Shown here in pieces: positions 40,110 through 49,587 of a DNA stretch of 64,000 nt. The DNA is from a virus. The translations under genes and the position numbers were made by a program. Below the pieces are notes generated by a model. That model did no database searches and was not told where the DNA came from. It was given only the letters and a program-made list of their open reading frames with translations. The stretch spans positions 1-64,000 of IMG/VR virus record IMGVR_UViG_3300035698_018653, one strand, 5' to 3'. How positions within the stretch are numbered: position 1 is the stretch's first letter; every line of letters starts with the position of its first letter.

Positions 40110-40893
40110 TAAATATTGTAATTGGAATGGATTAAAAACAATATTTTTAACCTTTGATATAGATTGGGCACCAGACTATATGATAGAAAATGTAGTAAAA
40201 ATATTAAGCGAGTTTCCAGAGATAAAAGCAACATTTTTTATTACTCATTATGAACAAATATTACAAGAAATATATAAGAAATATGAAATTGGTTCTCATA
40301 TAAATCTAGGCAATAAACATTCAAGTGAATATTTCGAGAAAGCAAAAGAATATTTTGATTATCAACATGGCAGAGATATTCTGAAATATACTGGAAATAG
40401 ATTTCATAAATTAAACTACTCTTATGGTGATTTAATTAAATTAAAAAATCTAAACTATCTTTATGATGCTTCTAATTTGAGATTTGGTTGTGAGTATCTT
40501 ATTCCAAATTTAATGATCGAGACAGAACTTGTTTTAATTCCTTATTTTTGGGAAGATGGAATTCATGAAAACATAAAGACAAGAAATATTTATTGGAGTA
40601 GAAATAATATATGGGAAGGCAAAGGGTTAAGGGTTTTAAATTTTCATCCATTGAATTTATATTTAAATAATTCTGACAGTGGGTTAAGAGTGCAATTTTT
40701 AAAGGACATTAAAGATTGTAATATTAATTTATTAGATTGCCCTAAAGAATTAGCAGATCAATACGTTAATAACGAAAGTGTAACACATAAGATGTGTGAT
40801 AATTTTAAAGAGTGGTTACAAAAGATAAGGGATGAAAAAATTAATACTTATACTTTAGGCGAATTAGCAAAAGCCTTTAAGGAGAGTATATGA
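40090..40893 (+). CDS. Polysaccharide deacetylase-like protein (WbmS-like)
   Basis: LTFDIDWAPD, ATFFITH, PYFWED and LNFHP. Confidence 0.75.
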   Translation: MNQEFLDKYCNWNGLKTIFLTFDIDWAPDYMIENVVKILSEFPEIKATFFITHYEQILQEIYKKYEIGSHINLGNKHSSEYFEKAKEYFDYQHGRDILKYTGNRFHKLNYSYGDLIKLKNLNYLYDASNLRFGCEYLIPNLMIETELVLIPYFWEDGIHENIKTRNIYWSRNNIWEGKGLRVLNFHPLNLYLNNSDSGLRVQFLKDIKDCNINLLDCPKELADQYVNNESVTHKMCDNFKEWLQKIRDEKINTYTLGELAKAFKESI

Positions 40894-41819
40894 ATTTAGC
40901 GGTAGCCGGTAATCAGTGGATAACGAAGTATTTAATTGATAGGTTAATAGAAGTAAATTTAAAACCTAGCCTTATAATTAATTTAGATTCTAATTTTAAA
41001 AATATAAGTGGCTATTGTGATTTTTCAGACGGTAGCCCATATATATCTATTTATGACGAAATAAAATTGTATAGTCCAAAAAGTTATTCTTTAAAAAACG
41101 ATAAAGAATTATTATCTTGCGATATTGATATACTACTTGTCTTTGGTTGGCAAAGATTAATTCCCGAATGGCTAATAGATCACTGTAAGCTTGGAGCGTT
41201 TGGAGTACATGGATCAATTCATGAATTACCAGACGGAAGAGGTAGAGCTGTGTTTAATTGGACATTAATAAATGAATGCTATGATTATTATCATACTTTT
41301 AAAATGTATATGTTAAAGCTTAATAAAAATATTGATGATGGAGAAATAGTTGACAAAAGAGAATTTGATCTTTTAGAAACAGACAATATTAAAACCCTTT
41401 ATCATAAAAATTGTATCGTATCGAGTGATATGTTTATAGAGAATATCCCAAAGATAATTAATAGTACAGTAAAATACAAAGAACAGCCAAAAAGAAAAAA
41501 AGAAAAGACACTTTATTATGAAAAAAGAACACCGGAACAAAGTCAAATAAATTGGGAAAATTCTGCCCATTCAATACTTTATTTTATAAAAGCATTAACT
41601 GACCCTTACCCTAATGCTTTTAGTTATATAAAGGACAACATAATAAAAATAAAAAAAGCGTCAGGTTTTGATAGCAGAATAAAGTTTAAGGGTAATGTTG
41701 GTGAAGTTGTAGATGTATTTCCAGATGGAGAATTTTTAGTAATAACAGAAGAGTTCCCTATTTATATAGAAGAGTATAGTTATAATGGTAAAATTAAAAA
41801 AGGAGATGTATTAAGGTGA
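40890..41819 (+). CDS. Formyltransferase (Fmt/sugar N-formyltransferase)
   Basis: GWQRLIP, GVHGS..LP.GRGRA..NW, D.G and PYPNAF. Confidence 0.85.
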   Translation: MNLAVAGNQWITKYLIDRLIEVNLKPSLIINLDSNFKNISGYCDFSDGSPYISIYDEIKLYSPKSYSLKNDKELLSCDIDILLVFGWQRLIPEWLIDHCKLGAFGVHGSIHELPDGRGRAVFNWTLINECYDYYHTFKMYMLKLNKNIDDGEIVDKREFDLLETDNIKTLYHKNCIVSSDMFIENIPKIINSTVKYKEQPKRKKEKTLYYEKRTPEQSQINWENSAHSILYFIKALTDPYPNAFSYIKDNIIKIKKASGFDSRIKFKGNVGEVVDVFPDGEFLVITEEFPIYIEEYSYNGKIKKGDVLR

Positions 41820-42745
41820 AAATATTGATTACCGGAAACGCTGGCTTCATCGGAAGTAATATAGCGGATAGATTAATAGAAGAAGTACATAAAGTTGCCG
41901 GAGTAGATAATTTTTTAACTGGCAATATTGAAAATATAAATGAAAAAGTACATCAATATTATTATTCTTTAACAGATGAAAAACAAATGGATATTGTTTT
42001 TAGAAATTTTAAACCGGAAATGGTTTTCCATTGTGCTGCCTCTTATAATGATGCAGATAATTGGAATAGAGATATAGAAACAAATTGTGTTGGAACTTCA
42101 AATATAGTAAAGTGTTGTCAGAAGTACAATGTTAAAAAATTAGTTTATTTCCAAACAGCTTTATGCTATGGGGATTTTATTGAGCAACCAATAACCTTAA
42201 GTCACCCAATCAATCCTACAAGATGTTCTTATGCTATCACTAAAACAACGGCAGAGCAAATAATTGATATGAGCGGAATACCTTGCCTTACTTTTAGAAT
42301 GGCAAATGTTTATGGGCCGAGGCATTTGAGCAGCTGTATTCCCACTTTCTATTTAAAGCTAAAGAATAGAGAAAAAACCATTATTACAAATACCAAAAGA
42401 TCATTCGTATATATTTCAGACTTAGTTGATTTAATCGTTAAAACAATGGACAGTAAGATTACTGGCGTTTATCATTTATCTACATTACAAGAGGTTTCTA
42501 TTAAATTTATATTTGAAGCTATGGCAGAATTGATGAATATAGACATAAGAGATATTGAAGTTAATTATCAAGAGCCAAAAGAAGATAATGTAAAAACAAT
42601 ATTGCTTGATAATTTAAAAACAAAAATGGATTTTTCTGACTGGTACCCTAAAGTTGGCATAATAGATGGGTTAAAAAGATCAATAGAGTGGTATAATAAA
42701 AATAAATTTGATAAAACATTTACTCATTTGAAGTTAGGGAAATAA
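41816..42745 (+). CDS. NDP-sugar SDR epimerase/reductase, WbmG/WbmH-like
   Basis: ITGNAGFIGS, HCAASY, YFQTALCYG, SYAITK and C-terminal FTHLK. As I recall, these resemble Bordetella WbmG/H. Confidence 0.85.
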   Translation: MKILITGNAGFIGSNIADRLIEEVHKVAGVDNFLTGNIENINEKVHQYYYSLTDEKQMDIVFRNFKPEMVFHCAASYNDADNWNRDIETNCVGTSNIVKCCQKYNVKKLVYFQTALCYGDFIEQPITLSHPINPTRCSYAITKTTAEQIIDMSGIPCLTFRMANVYGPRHLSSCIPTFYLKLKNREKTIITNTKRSFVYISDLVDLIVKTMDSKITGVYHLSTLQEVSIKFIFEAMAELMNIDIRDIEVNYQEPKEDNVKTILLDNLKTKMDFSDWYPKVGIIDGLKRSIEWYNKNKFDKTFTHLKLGK

Positions 42746-42746
42746 A

Positions 42747-43217
42747 ATGGAAGGCTTATATTTTGGTTTGATGGACAACTTTGTTATGATAATTGGTGCT
42801 TTTTTTGGTTTGAATTTGGAGAGACTTTTTTCAAAAAGAGACAATGGATTGGGGGCGGTTATAGGTGCGGGGATAGGGAATGCTATTTCAGACTTTTTAG
42901 GTGGTGTAGTAGAGGGCAATATGTCACTAGCCTATGGAACTGCACTTGGGTGCATGCTTTGTTTAGCGATTATTCCACTTTTTGTTATTATTATTAGATT
43001 TAAAAAACCATCTGCGATAGCTGAATATAGATTTCAGTTAGATAAAGATTTATTTATAACGGCAAAAGAAAAAAGAATAAAAGGCAATGAAGGAAAAACA
43101 ATAGAGAACACTACAAGATACATTTTGTCAATTTTGTTTTCAAAAATATTGATACATAAAGAAAAGCATGAAAGAGTAAATGTATTAACCCTATGTCAAA
43201 AGGAGAAGATAAAGTGA
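42747..43217 (+). CDS. Membrane protein (TMEM65/VIT-like Gly-rich motif)
   Basis: GLMDNFVMIIGA and GAGIGNAISDFLGG. Confidence 0.5.
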   Translation: MEGLYFGLMDNFVMIIGAFFGLNLERLFSKRDNGLGAVIGAGIGNAISDFLGGVVEGNMSLAYGTALGCMLCLAIIPLFVIIIRFKKPSAIAEYRFQLDKDLFITAKEKRIKGNEGKTIENTTRYILSILFSKILIHKEKHERVNVLTLCQKEKIK

Positions 43218-43465
43218 TATACTTGATAGGGTTTGGATGTTTTTTATTGGGGTATATACTTTCATCTATAAGGTGTATTATATGGTATAATAAATTAATT
43301 AATAAACAGGGAAAGCGCTTTGAAGGGGTAATGAAAAAAGTAGTTTGTCCACATATATCGCCAAGAATAGGTGATGGAGAACAATATTGTTGTGACCAAC
43401 AAAAGAAATTAACCGGAACACATCATATGCTTGATGATAATAAATGGATATATTTAATTAATTAA
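43193..43465 (+). CDS. Small membrane protein
   Basis: TM helix; the start is probably GTG 43214 after AAGGAG. Confidence 0.45.
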   Translation: MSKGEDKVIYLIGFGCFLLGYILSSIRCIIWYNKLINKQGKRFEGVMKKVVCPHISPRIGDGEQYCCDQQKKLTGTHHMLDDNKWIYLIN

Positions 43466-43477
43466 GGAGAAGATAAA

Positions 43478-43633
43478 ATGAGCAATAACGAAAAAGATTT
43501 AGAAAAGATTTTTGAAGGGCTTTGGAAGGATAAACTGTTTGATAAATGGTTTAATGGTGGAAATACAAAGGCAAAAGATATTTGTAAAAAGTCTTTTATG
43601 TTTGGTGTAAAATTAAAGGAGAAAAAAGAATAA
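43478..43633 (+). CDS. Small hypothetical protein (not in the ORF track)
   Basis: AAGGAG RBS; MSNNEKDLEKIFEGLW... Confidence 0.5.
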   Translation: MSNNEKDLEKIFEGLWKDKLFDKWFNGGNTKAKDICKKSFMFGVKLKEKKE

Positions 43634-44601
43634 TGAATTTTGTAAATGTCTCTGACACAATGGTTGGTGTAAAAGACGGAAAGAATATTACAAATTTTCC
43701 AGGCATATATCCGTTCTTTGACGAAAGAAATAAGTTTACTAACATAATTGGTGTCGGGAATAAAAACGGAATAGATAAAAATATTGATTTGCTAAAAATA
43801 AAAAAAGTATTTAAAGGGTGTAAGTTTGTTTTTAATGGTCGTCTTGCTTCTTACCTAATAAAGAACTGGGATTTTATAGTTTCTAATTTTGATGGTATTA
43901 TGGGTGCGGAGTTAAATAAAAATCATCCGAAGTCATTGAATATGGTTCATTCTTCCATGGCACGAAGCATGCCATATAAGGGTTTTTATTGGGAACCAAC
44001 AAACGAAAAAAAGGATTTTGATTTTAGTATCTTATCTAAAATAAATGATTATAAGAATAAGAGATGGGGGCGTTGTTTAAAATTAATTGATATTCTCTGC
44101 ACCTCCAAGCTTAAGGGCATACTTATAACGCAAAGTGGTGATTTAAATAAGGTTTCAGAGCTGAAACAGCACGTTAAGAGCGGATATTTAAAGATATCTA
44201 ATAATATAGACGAAAGAGAGTTTCACAGGCTTCACAACAGGGCTAGAGTCGGTATATTCCCAAATACACTGGATAGCTTTCCCAAGCATATGATAGAGAG
44301 TATACTTTCAAATAAGCCAATAATATTTTCGTCTGATTTAACTATGGGCAAAGAGATTGCGTTAGAGTTTGGTATAAAGCTAAATTTTGACAATAGAAGA
44401 TCTTATAAGAGAGTAAAGACTTTTTTGAGAGAGGGATATAAAGAATATACTACAAATAGGATAAAATATATTTGGAAGTATTCATTTGAAAGCGTATCTG
44501 CTTTTTGGGCTTCTGAAATTAATAGATTATTTAAAACAAAATTTAAAAGAGTTTATATGTTTAATCATTATCAAAGGTTAAAGGAAAATAAATTGATATG
44601 A
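43633..44601 (+). CDS. Glycosyltransferase, GT-B-like
   Basis: KNKRW and IFPNTLDSFPKHMIESILSNKPII (Ex7E-like). Confidence 0.65.
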   Translation: MNFVNVSDTMVGVKDGKNITNFPGIYPFFDERNKFTNIIGVGNKNGIDKNIDLLKIKKVFKGCKFVFNGRLASYLIKNWDFIVSNFDGIMGAELNKNHPKSLNMVHSSMARSMPYKGFYWEPTNEKKDFDFSILSKINDYKNKRWGRCLKLIDILCTSKLKGILITQSGDLNKVSELKQHVKSGYLKISNNIDEREFHRLHNRARVGIFPNTLDSFPKHMIESILSNKPIIFSSDLTMGKEIALEFGIKLNFDNRRSYKRVKTFLREGYKEYTTNRIKYIWKYSFESVSAFWASEINRLFKTKFKRVYMFNHYQRLKENKLI

Positions 44602-44834
44602 ACAAATTTAAAAAGTGTTGTGATTGCGGAACGTACGAGCATCAAGTATTAATGCCAATTAAGGGTAGGGTTCAGGGAATAGATTTATGTATATCTCATA
44701 TAGTTGCCGCCTTAAATGCCGGTAATGTAATAACAGAAGCTTCTTGTTGCGGACACGGTAAAATAGACGGAAGTATAATTTTAGAGGATGGAAGGGAATT
44801 AGTGATTAAGAAATGGAAAAAAGGAATAAATTAA
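44598..44834 (+). CDS. Conserved phage hypothetical protein
   Basis: IDLCISHIVAALN...TEASCCGHG. Confidence 0.6.
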   Translation: MNKFKKCCDCGTYEHQVLMPIKGRVQGIDLCISHIVAALNAGNVITEASCCGHGKIDGSIILEDGRELVIKKWKKGIN

Positions 44835-44838
44835 TATT

Positions 44839-45657
44839 ATGGGAAAGAATTTTTTAGACAAAGATCACACTAAAGATTCGGACATAAAGAATTTTATACA
44901 AGAGAGTAGGATTGAGAATAGAAAGCCTTTCTCCCGTGACCTGATTTCCATTTGTGTATCCATAAAGAACAGAAGTAGATTTAAGATTGGCAAGAAAGAG
45001 TATAAGCCGTTTGTTCATTTTATCCATTCCATTGTTAGGCTCCCAAAGCATTTAATGAATATTGAATTGATCATAGCAGACTTCTTTTCTGATGATTATC
45101 CGTTAAAAGAATGGATTCCTTTCGAGTCTCAACACATTAAGTATAAGATAGTGTCTGTCCCTGGTCCATTTTCGAGAGGAAAGGGGCTAAATGCGGCCGC
45201 TAAGCAGTCTAAAGGCAAGTATCTATTCTTTACCGACGCAGACATGCTATTAAGCACACAGGTGATTGAGAGGGGCTTACATTATGCTAAGAAAAGTAAG
45301 GCTTTCTTTCCCATTGCTTTCCGCCATGTTGATGAGCAATTAAAAGTTGGAAGGTGGTTTCAAAGCGGATTCGGAAATATGTTTTTAAGGAGGAGTCAGT
45401 TTGAGAAACGTGGTGGATATATGGAGCACGATAGGTGGGGGCGAGAGGACTTTTATTTTCATAGACAACTTGTTCAGAAGAGTCAAGTAAAATGTGTAAG
45501 GGAACAAATACAAACCTTCTATCATCAATTCCACCCAGACGATGTTGTTTGGAAAAATAGATTTGTAGAAAAAAATGTTTTCAAAGAAATCCAGGCATCG
45601 TATACTATTAGTAAAGGAAATAAAGAGCATTTTGATAAAAATAGGAGCAAGAAATGA
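44839..45657 (+). CDS. Glycosyltransferase GT-A (GT2/GT7-like)
   Basis: FSRGKGLN, FTDADM, GGY and WGRED. Confidence 0.85.
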   Translation: MGKNFLDKDHTKDSDIKNFIQESRIENRKPFSRDLISICVSIKNRSRFKIGKKEYKPFVHFIHSIVRLPKHLMNIELIIADFFSDDYPLKEWIPFESQHIKYKIVSVPGPFSRGKGLNAAAKQSKGKYLFFTDADMLLSTQVIERGLHYAKKSKAFFPIAFRHVDEQLKVGRWFQSGFGNMFLRRSQFEKRGGYMEHDRWGREDFYFHRQLVQKSQVKCVREQIQTFYHQFHPDDVVWKNRFVEKNVFKEIQASYTISKGNKEHFDKNRSKK

Positions 45658-46187
45658 ATATTAAAAACGACACCAAAAAGATAAGGAAGGCAGTAAGAGA
45701 TAATTTTACATTTAAGTCAGCTATACCGTATGTAAATTTTATGCAGACTATAGGGAAGGTTGCGACAGATAAAATAAGGATAGAGTTAAAGCTAAAGAAT
45801 GAGGGTAATTTAAATATTGGAACGTTGTATTTACATTATAGCATAAAAGACAAGAGTTATATAATAAGTTCAAAATCTGGGTGCTTTACCTATAAACATT
45901 TTAAGGATAAAATTTTTAGTGTTTTAAGTGAGGTAAATCATGGAACAAAAATAGTCAATAAGACAGATAATATTTTTATGGATAATAATTATTTAATTAA
46001 AAGAAGAGAAGCAAAAAAGTTAAATCAATTACAGTTAGCGAAATTATTAGGAAAGAATGTAAAGCAGATACAAAGATATGAAATAAGCGGAAGTGTTCAG
46101 AATCCTTATGGCAGAACATTAAGGGATTTAGCTATAATACTTGATCTTGATTTAAATAAGTTATTTATGTTAGGGAAAAAGAAATGA
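45654..46187 (+). CDS. Protein with a C-terminal XRE HTH
   Basis: RREAKKLNQLQLAKLLG...IQRYE...P..LRDLA. Confidence 0.7.
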   Translation: MNIKNDTKKIRKAVRDNFTFKSAIPYVNFMQTIGKVATDKIRIELKLKNEGNLNIGTLYLHYSIKDKSYIISSKSGCFTYKHFKDKIFSVLSEVNHGTKIVNKTDNIFMDNNYLIKRREAKKLNQLQLAKLLGKNVKQIQRYEISGSVQNPYGRTLRDLAIILDLDLNKLFMLGKKK

Positions 46188-46807
46188 TAGATAAAATATT
46201 ACTTGCTATATGGATAGGGGTAATTATATTTGCCTGGTGGTATCCACTTAGAAAAAGAAAAAAGAAAGGTGAGTTTCAAGACACAAGCGATTATCAAAAA
46301 TGTATAAAGAAAAATAAAGAAGGAAAATATTATCTTGATAAAAATGCCACAAAGATAATATTTGGTGATTATGATAAACCATTTAAAACTCCTCACTCTA
46401 AAATATGGGATGAAAAACCAATGAGTTTTGATAAATTTTTTAAAGAGCTAAACAATAATATAATAGATCACGGATGGGGAGTTGAGTTTAAATCCATTAA
46501 AGATGGAGAAGAGAAAAAATATATTCAATGTAAAAAATGTGGGTCAAAAAGACAAATAATAAGTACGGTTCCGGCTTTCTGTCTTAATTGTGATAATGGA
46601 TTATATGATCTTCCTTGTGAAGTTGATATAGAAAGTAAAATGGGTGATATATCACAAGCAATGATAGAGGATTTTGAAAAAAGAATATTAGATGGAGAAA
46701 GCGATATAAAGAATCCAAAAGGATTATTTAATAATCGTGAAATGATTGCTAATGCAATTAAAAACTCAAAAGAATTTAAGGAGAGATATGGGAAAGATCA
46801 AGATTAA
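46184..46807 (+). CDS. Membrane-anchored hypothetical protein with zinc ribbon
   Basis: N-terminal TM helix; CKKC...CLNC. Confidence 0.55.
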   Translation: MIDKILLAIWIGVIIFAWWYPLRKRKKKGEFQDTSDYQKCIKKNKEGKYYLDKNATKIIFGDYDKPFKTPHSKIWDEKPMSFDKFFKELNNNIIDHGWGVEFKSIKDGEEKKYIQCKKCGSKRQIISTVPAFCLNCDNGLYDLPCEVDIESKMGDISQAMIEDFEKRILDGESDIKNPKGLFNNREMIANAIKNSKEFKERYGKDQD

Positions 46808-47162
46808 TGAAGTTATGCTAGAGAGATTAAAGCTTAATCATTCGGTAATAATATCTAAAGACGCTATTGGTCAAGCAATGAAACCAATTTTTAATACATT
46901 ACCTGATCAGGACGCTATAAATATATTATTTAGAAATTACGTTGCTTCCGAAGTTCAAAAGAAAATTCAAATACAATACCCAAAGGATTGGTGGAATGCC
47001 TTTAAAGAAAGATGGTTTCCAAATTGGTTAAAATGGAGATATCCAGTTATATATAGAAAGCATGATTTTTCACCTAAAGTACTTTATCCTTTCATGAAAA
47101 TAAGTTTACCTAACGAAAGGCGGTTTCCAATAGTTATAGAATCAATAGAGGAGAAAGAATAA
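46788..47162 (+). CDS. Hypothetical phage protein
   Basis: AAGGAG RBS before ATG 46788; YPKDWWNAFKERWFP. Confidence 0.6.
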   Translation: MGKIKINEVMLERLKLNHSVIISKDAIGQAMKPIFNTLPDQDAINILFRNYVASEVQKKIQIQYPKDWWNAFKERWFPNWLKWRYPVIYRKHDFSPKVLYPFMKISLPNERRFPIVIESIEEKE

Positions 47163-47722
47163 TGACTTGTATAATTGGCTGGATTAAAAACAAAAAGATG
47201 TATATGGGTTGTGATAATATCGGCTCTAATGGGTCTATAGTTATACAAAGGAATGACAGTAAAATATTTACAAGAAATAACGAAATGATTTTTGGATATA
47301 CTTCATCTTATAGAATGGGTCAGCTTTTGAGATATTCGCTTAAGATTCCTTTGCATGATCCCAAGATACCTGATGACGAATATATGAGTACGAAGTTCAT
47401 CGATGAAGTTAGGAATTGCCTAAAAGATGGTGGCTATATGATTAGAGATAATAATGAGGAGTCTGGTGGAACATTTCTTGTTGGATATAAAGGTAAGCTA
47501 TATCTTATCTCTGATGATTTTCAAGTTGGAATTCCTTCTGATGGTTTTTTCTCCGTTGGTTGCGGAATGTATTATGCATTAGGGGCAATGAAAGTTCTTG
47601 TAAAATCAAATAAAAATCCAGTGGCGATAATAGAGGAGGCGTTGTCTATCGCAGAATATTATAGCCCCGGTGTTCGTGGACCATACCAGATAGATCACTT
47701 AGATATAGGGGAGAAAAAATAA
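47162..47722 (+). CDS. Ntn-hydrolase, HslV/proteasome-beta-like peptidase
   Basis: N-terminal MTCI (Thr nucleophile), GCD, K and VGCG..YALGAM. Confidence 0.75.
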   Translation: MTCIIGWIKNKKMYMGCDNIGSNGSIVIQRNDSKIFTRNNEMIFGYTSSYRMGQLLRYSLKIPLHDPKIPDDEYMSTKFIDEVRNCLKDGGYMIRDNNEESGGTFLVGYKGKLYLISDDFQVGIPSDGFFSVGCGMYYALGAMKVLVKSNKNPVAIIEEALSIAEYYSPGVRGPYQIDHLDIGEKK

Positions 47723-48693
47723 TGAAAAGAGTTTTAGTTACAGGTGCCAGCGGGTTCGTCGGGTCACACTTACTTGACTTACTTCTTGACGATATTGATT
47801 GTTCTGAATGTGAAGTTCACGGTACAATGAGGTACAGGAGCAATCTTGATAATATAAAACATAACATAGGAAAAGATTGCCTTAAGCTGCACACCTGCGA
47901 TTATACAGATCAGAAGTCTGTCGATGAGCTTATTAAGGAGGTTAATCCACATAAGATATTTCACCTGGCAGCTCATTCCTTTGTTCCTGATTCGTTTCAT
48001 ATGCCTCACTATATGCTTGATAATGTAAAGATGACTTTAAATATTTTGGAGTCGGTTAAAACGCACGCTCCAAATTGTAAGGTACATATCGCAGGTAGTT
48101 CCGAGGAGTATGGGATGGTAGAAGCAAGCGAATGCCCTATTGACGAAACGCAACCATTAAGGCCGATGTCACAATATGGTGTCTCTAAAATTGCTTGCGA
48201 GTATCTTGCTTTTCAATATCAAACAACTTATAATATAAAGGTAATAGTAACCAGGAGTTTTAATCATACTGGACCACGCAGAAATTCAAGATTTGTTTGT
48301 AGTCATTTTGCTCGTGAGCTTGCACTTATGAATATGGGCAAGAAAGCGTATTCGATAGAGCATGGCAATCTTGACGCTATACGTGACTATACAGATGTAA
48401 GAGATATAGTAAGGGCGTACTGGGATTTGTCTGAACTTGAAGAAGAAATTAAATATCCAATTAATCTTTGTAGCGGTAAAGGACATAAGATAGAAGAAGT
48501 ATTAAATATGCTTCAGAGTATGTCGGGCATTTCCCCTCAAAGGAATTGGGTTGAGAGCAGGATGAGACCCTCTGATGTTCCGTTGCTTGTTGGTAGTAGT
48601 GAGAAAGCAAAGATGCTTATAGGGTGGAAACCGGAAATTAATTTTAAGAAAACATTAGAAGATCTATATGATTATTGGCTTGAGAACGTATAG
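47722..48693 (+). CDS. gmd: GDP-mannose 4,6-dehydratase/RMD-like SDR
   Basis: VTGASGFVGS, HLAAHSFVPDSF, GSSEEYG, YGVSK, FNHTGPRR and GNLDAIRD. Confidence 0.85.
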   Translation: MKRVLVTGASGFVGSHLLDLLLDDIDCSECEVHGTMRYRSNLDNIKHNIGKDCLKLHTCDYTDQKSVDELIKEVNPHKIFHLAAHSFVPDSFHMPHYMLDNVKMTLNILESVKTHAPNCKVHIAGSSEEYGMVEASECPIDETQPLRPMSQYGVSKIACEYLAFQYQTTYNIKVIVTRSFNHTGPRRNSRFVCSHFARELALMNMGKKAYSIEHGNLDAIRDYTDVRDIVRAYWDLSELEEEIKYPINLCSGKGHKIEEVLNMLQSMSGISPQRNWVESRMRPSDVPLLVGSSEKAKMLIGWKPEINFKKTLEDLYDYWLENV

Positions 48694-48708
48694 TTAATAA
48701 AATAATTT

Positions 48709-48737
48709 TTCAACTTTTTAAATATAGTGTATATTGT
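48709..48737 (+). promoter_or_regulatory. Putative promoter TTCAAC-17-TATTGT for the NAD/TerY-P operon
   Basis: Same architecture as 32334 and 61798. Confidence 0.55.
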
Positions 48738-48776
48738 TTATAGATAACATTTAACCTTTTAAAAAGGAGAAGCAAG

Positions 48777-49577
48777 ATGAAAGAAAGTACTTGTTTGTTT
48801 GTAATTGACCCTCAAGTTGACTTCTGTGACCCCGTAGGAAACTTATTTGTACCGGGAGCAGACGAAGATATGAGGCGTTTATCGTCAATGGTAATAAATA
48901 ATAAGGGAGAGATAGATGATATTCAGTTGACTCTTGACTCCCATCACTATGTCCACGTGGCGCATCCTTGCTCGTGGATAGACAGTAAAGGAAAGCATCC
49001 TGACCCGTTTACAGTTATTACAGTAGAGGACGTTGAGAAAGGAACGTGGATGGCAACTAATCCTGGGTTCAGAGATAGATATAAGGAATACGTACAGAAG
49101 CTTCAGGACAATAATCGATACGTACTTTGTATCTGGCCTTATCATTGCCTTATTGGTAGCCCCCATGCCGCTATCTCTCCTGATTTTTACGCCTCCATGA
49201 TTTCCTGGGAACGTCTGTATGCTGTAGCCGGAAAGACCACTAAGGGTTCAAATATATTTACCGAGCATTACTCTGCTGTTAAAGCAGACGTACCGGATGA
49301 CGAAGATGTAGGAACTCATTTAAATACCGATGGGCTGATTAATGTTTTAAAGAAACACGATAGTATCCTTATAGCTGGAGAGGCACTGTCACATTGCGTG
49401 GCCTCTACCATTAGAGATATAGCTTCTGAGTTCTCTGACGAGCAGGTTAAGAAGTTTGTCTTGCTTGAGGATGCTTCGTCACCCGTTACCGGTTTTGAGA
49501 AGTTGGGAGAGGATTTTGTAAACGATATGGTTGCGAAAGGAATGAGAATTTCCAAAACAACTGAATATTTTAAATAG
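48777..49577 (+). CDS. pncA: Nicotinamidase (isochorismatase family)
   Basis: IDPQVDFC, DSH, WPYHCLIG, KG and AGEALSHCV (catalytic D/K/C plus metal-binding His). Confidence 0.85.
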   Translation: MKESTCLFVIDPQVDFCDPVGNLFVPGADEDMRRLSSMVINNKGEIDDIQLTLDSHHYVHVAHPCSWIDSKGKHPDPFTVITVEDVEKGTWMATNPGFRDRYKEYVQKLQDNNRYVLCIWPYHCLIGSPHAAISPDFYASMISWERLYAVAGKTTKGSNIFTEHYSAVKADVPDDEDVGTHLNTDGLINVLKKHDSILIAGEALSHCVASTIRDIASEFSDEQVKKFVLLEDASSPVTGFEKLGEDFVNDMVAKGMRISKTTEYFK

Positions 49578-49587
49578 GAGATTGACC

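Noticed and set aside
12304-48693. Cellular O-antigen/capsule locus
   Set aside because: No flippase, polymerase, ABC exporter or initiating transferase is visible, and the genes are interleaved with phage genes (YopX, HNH, endolysin).
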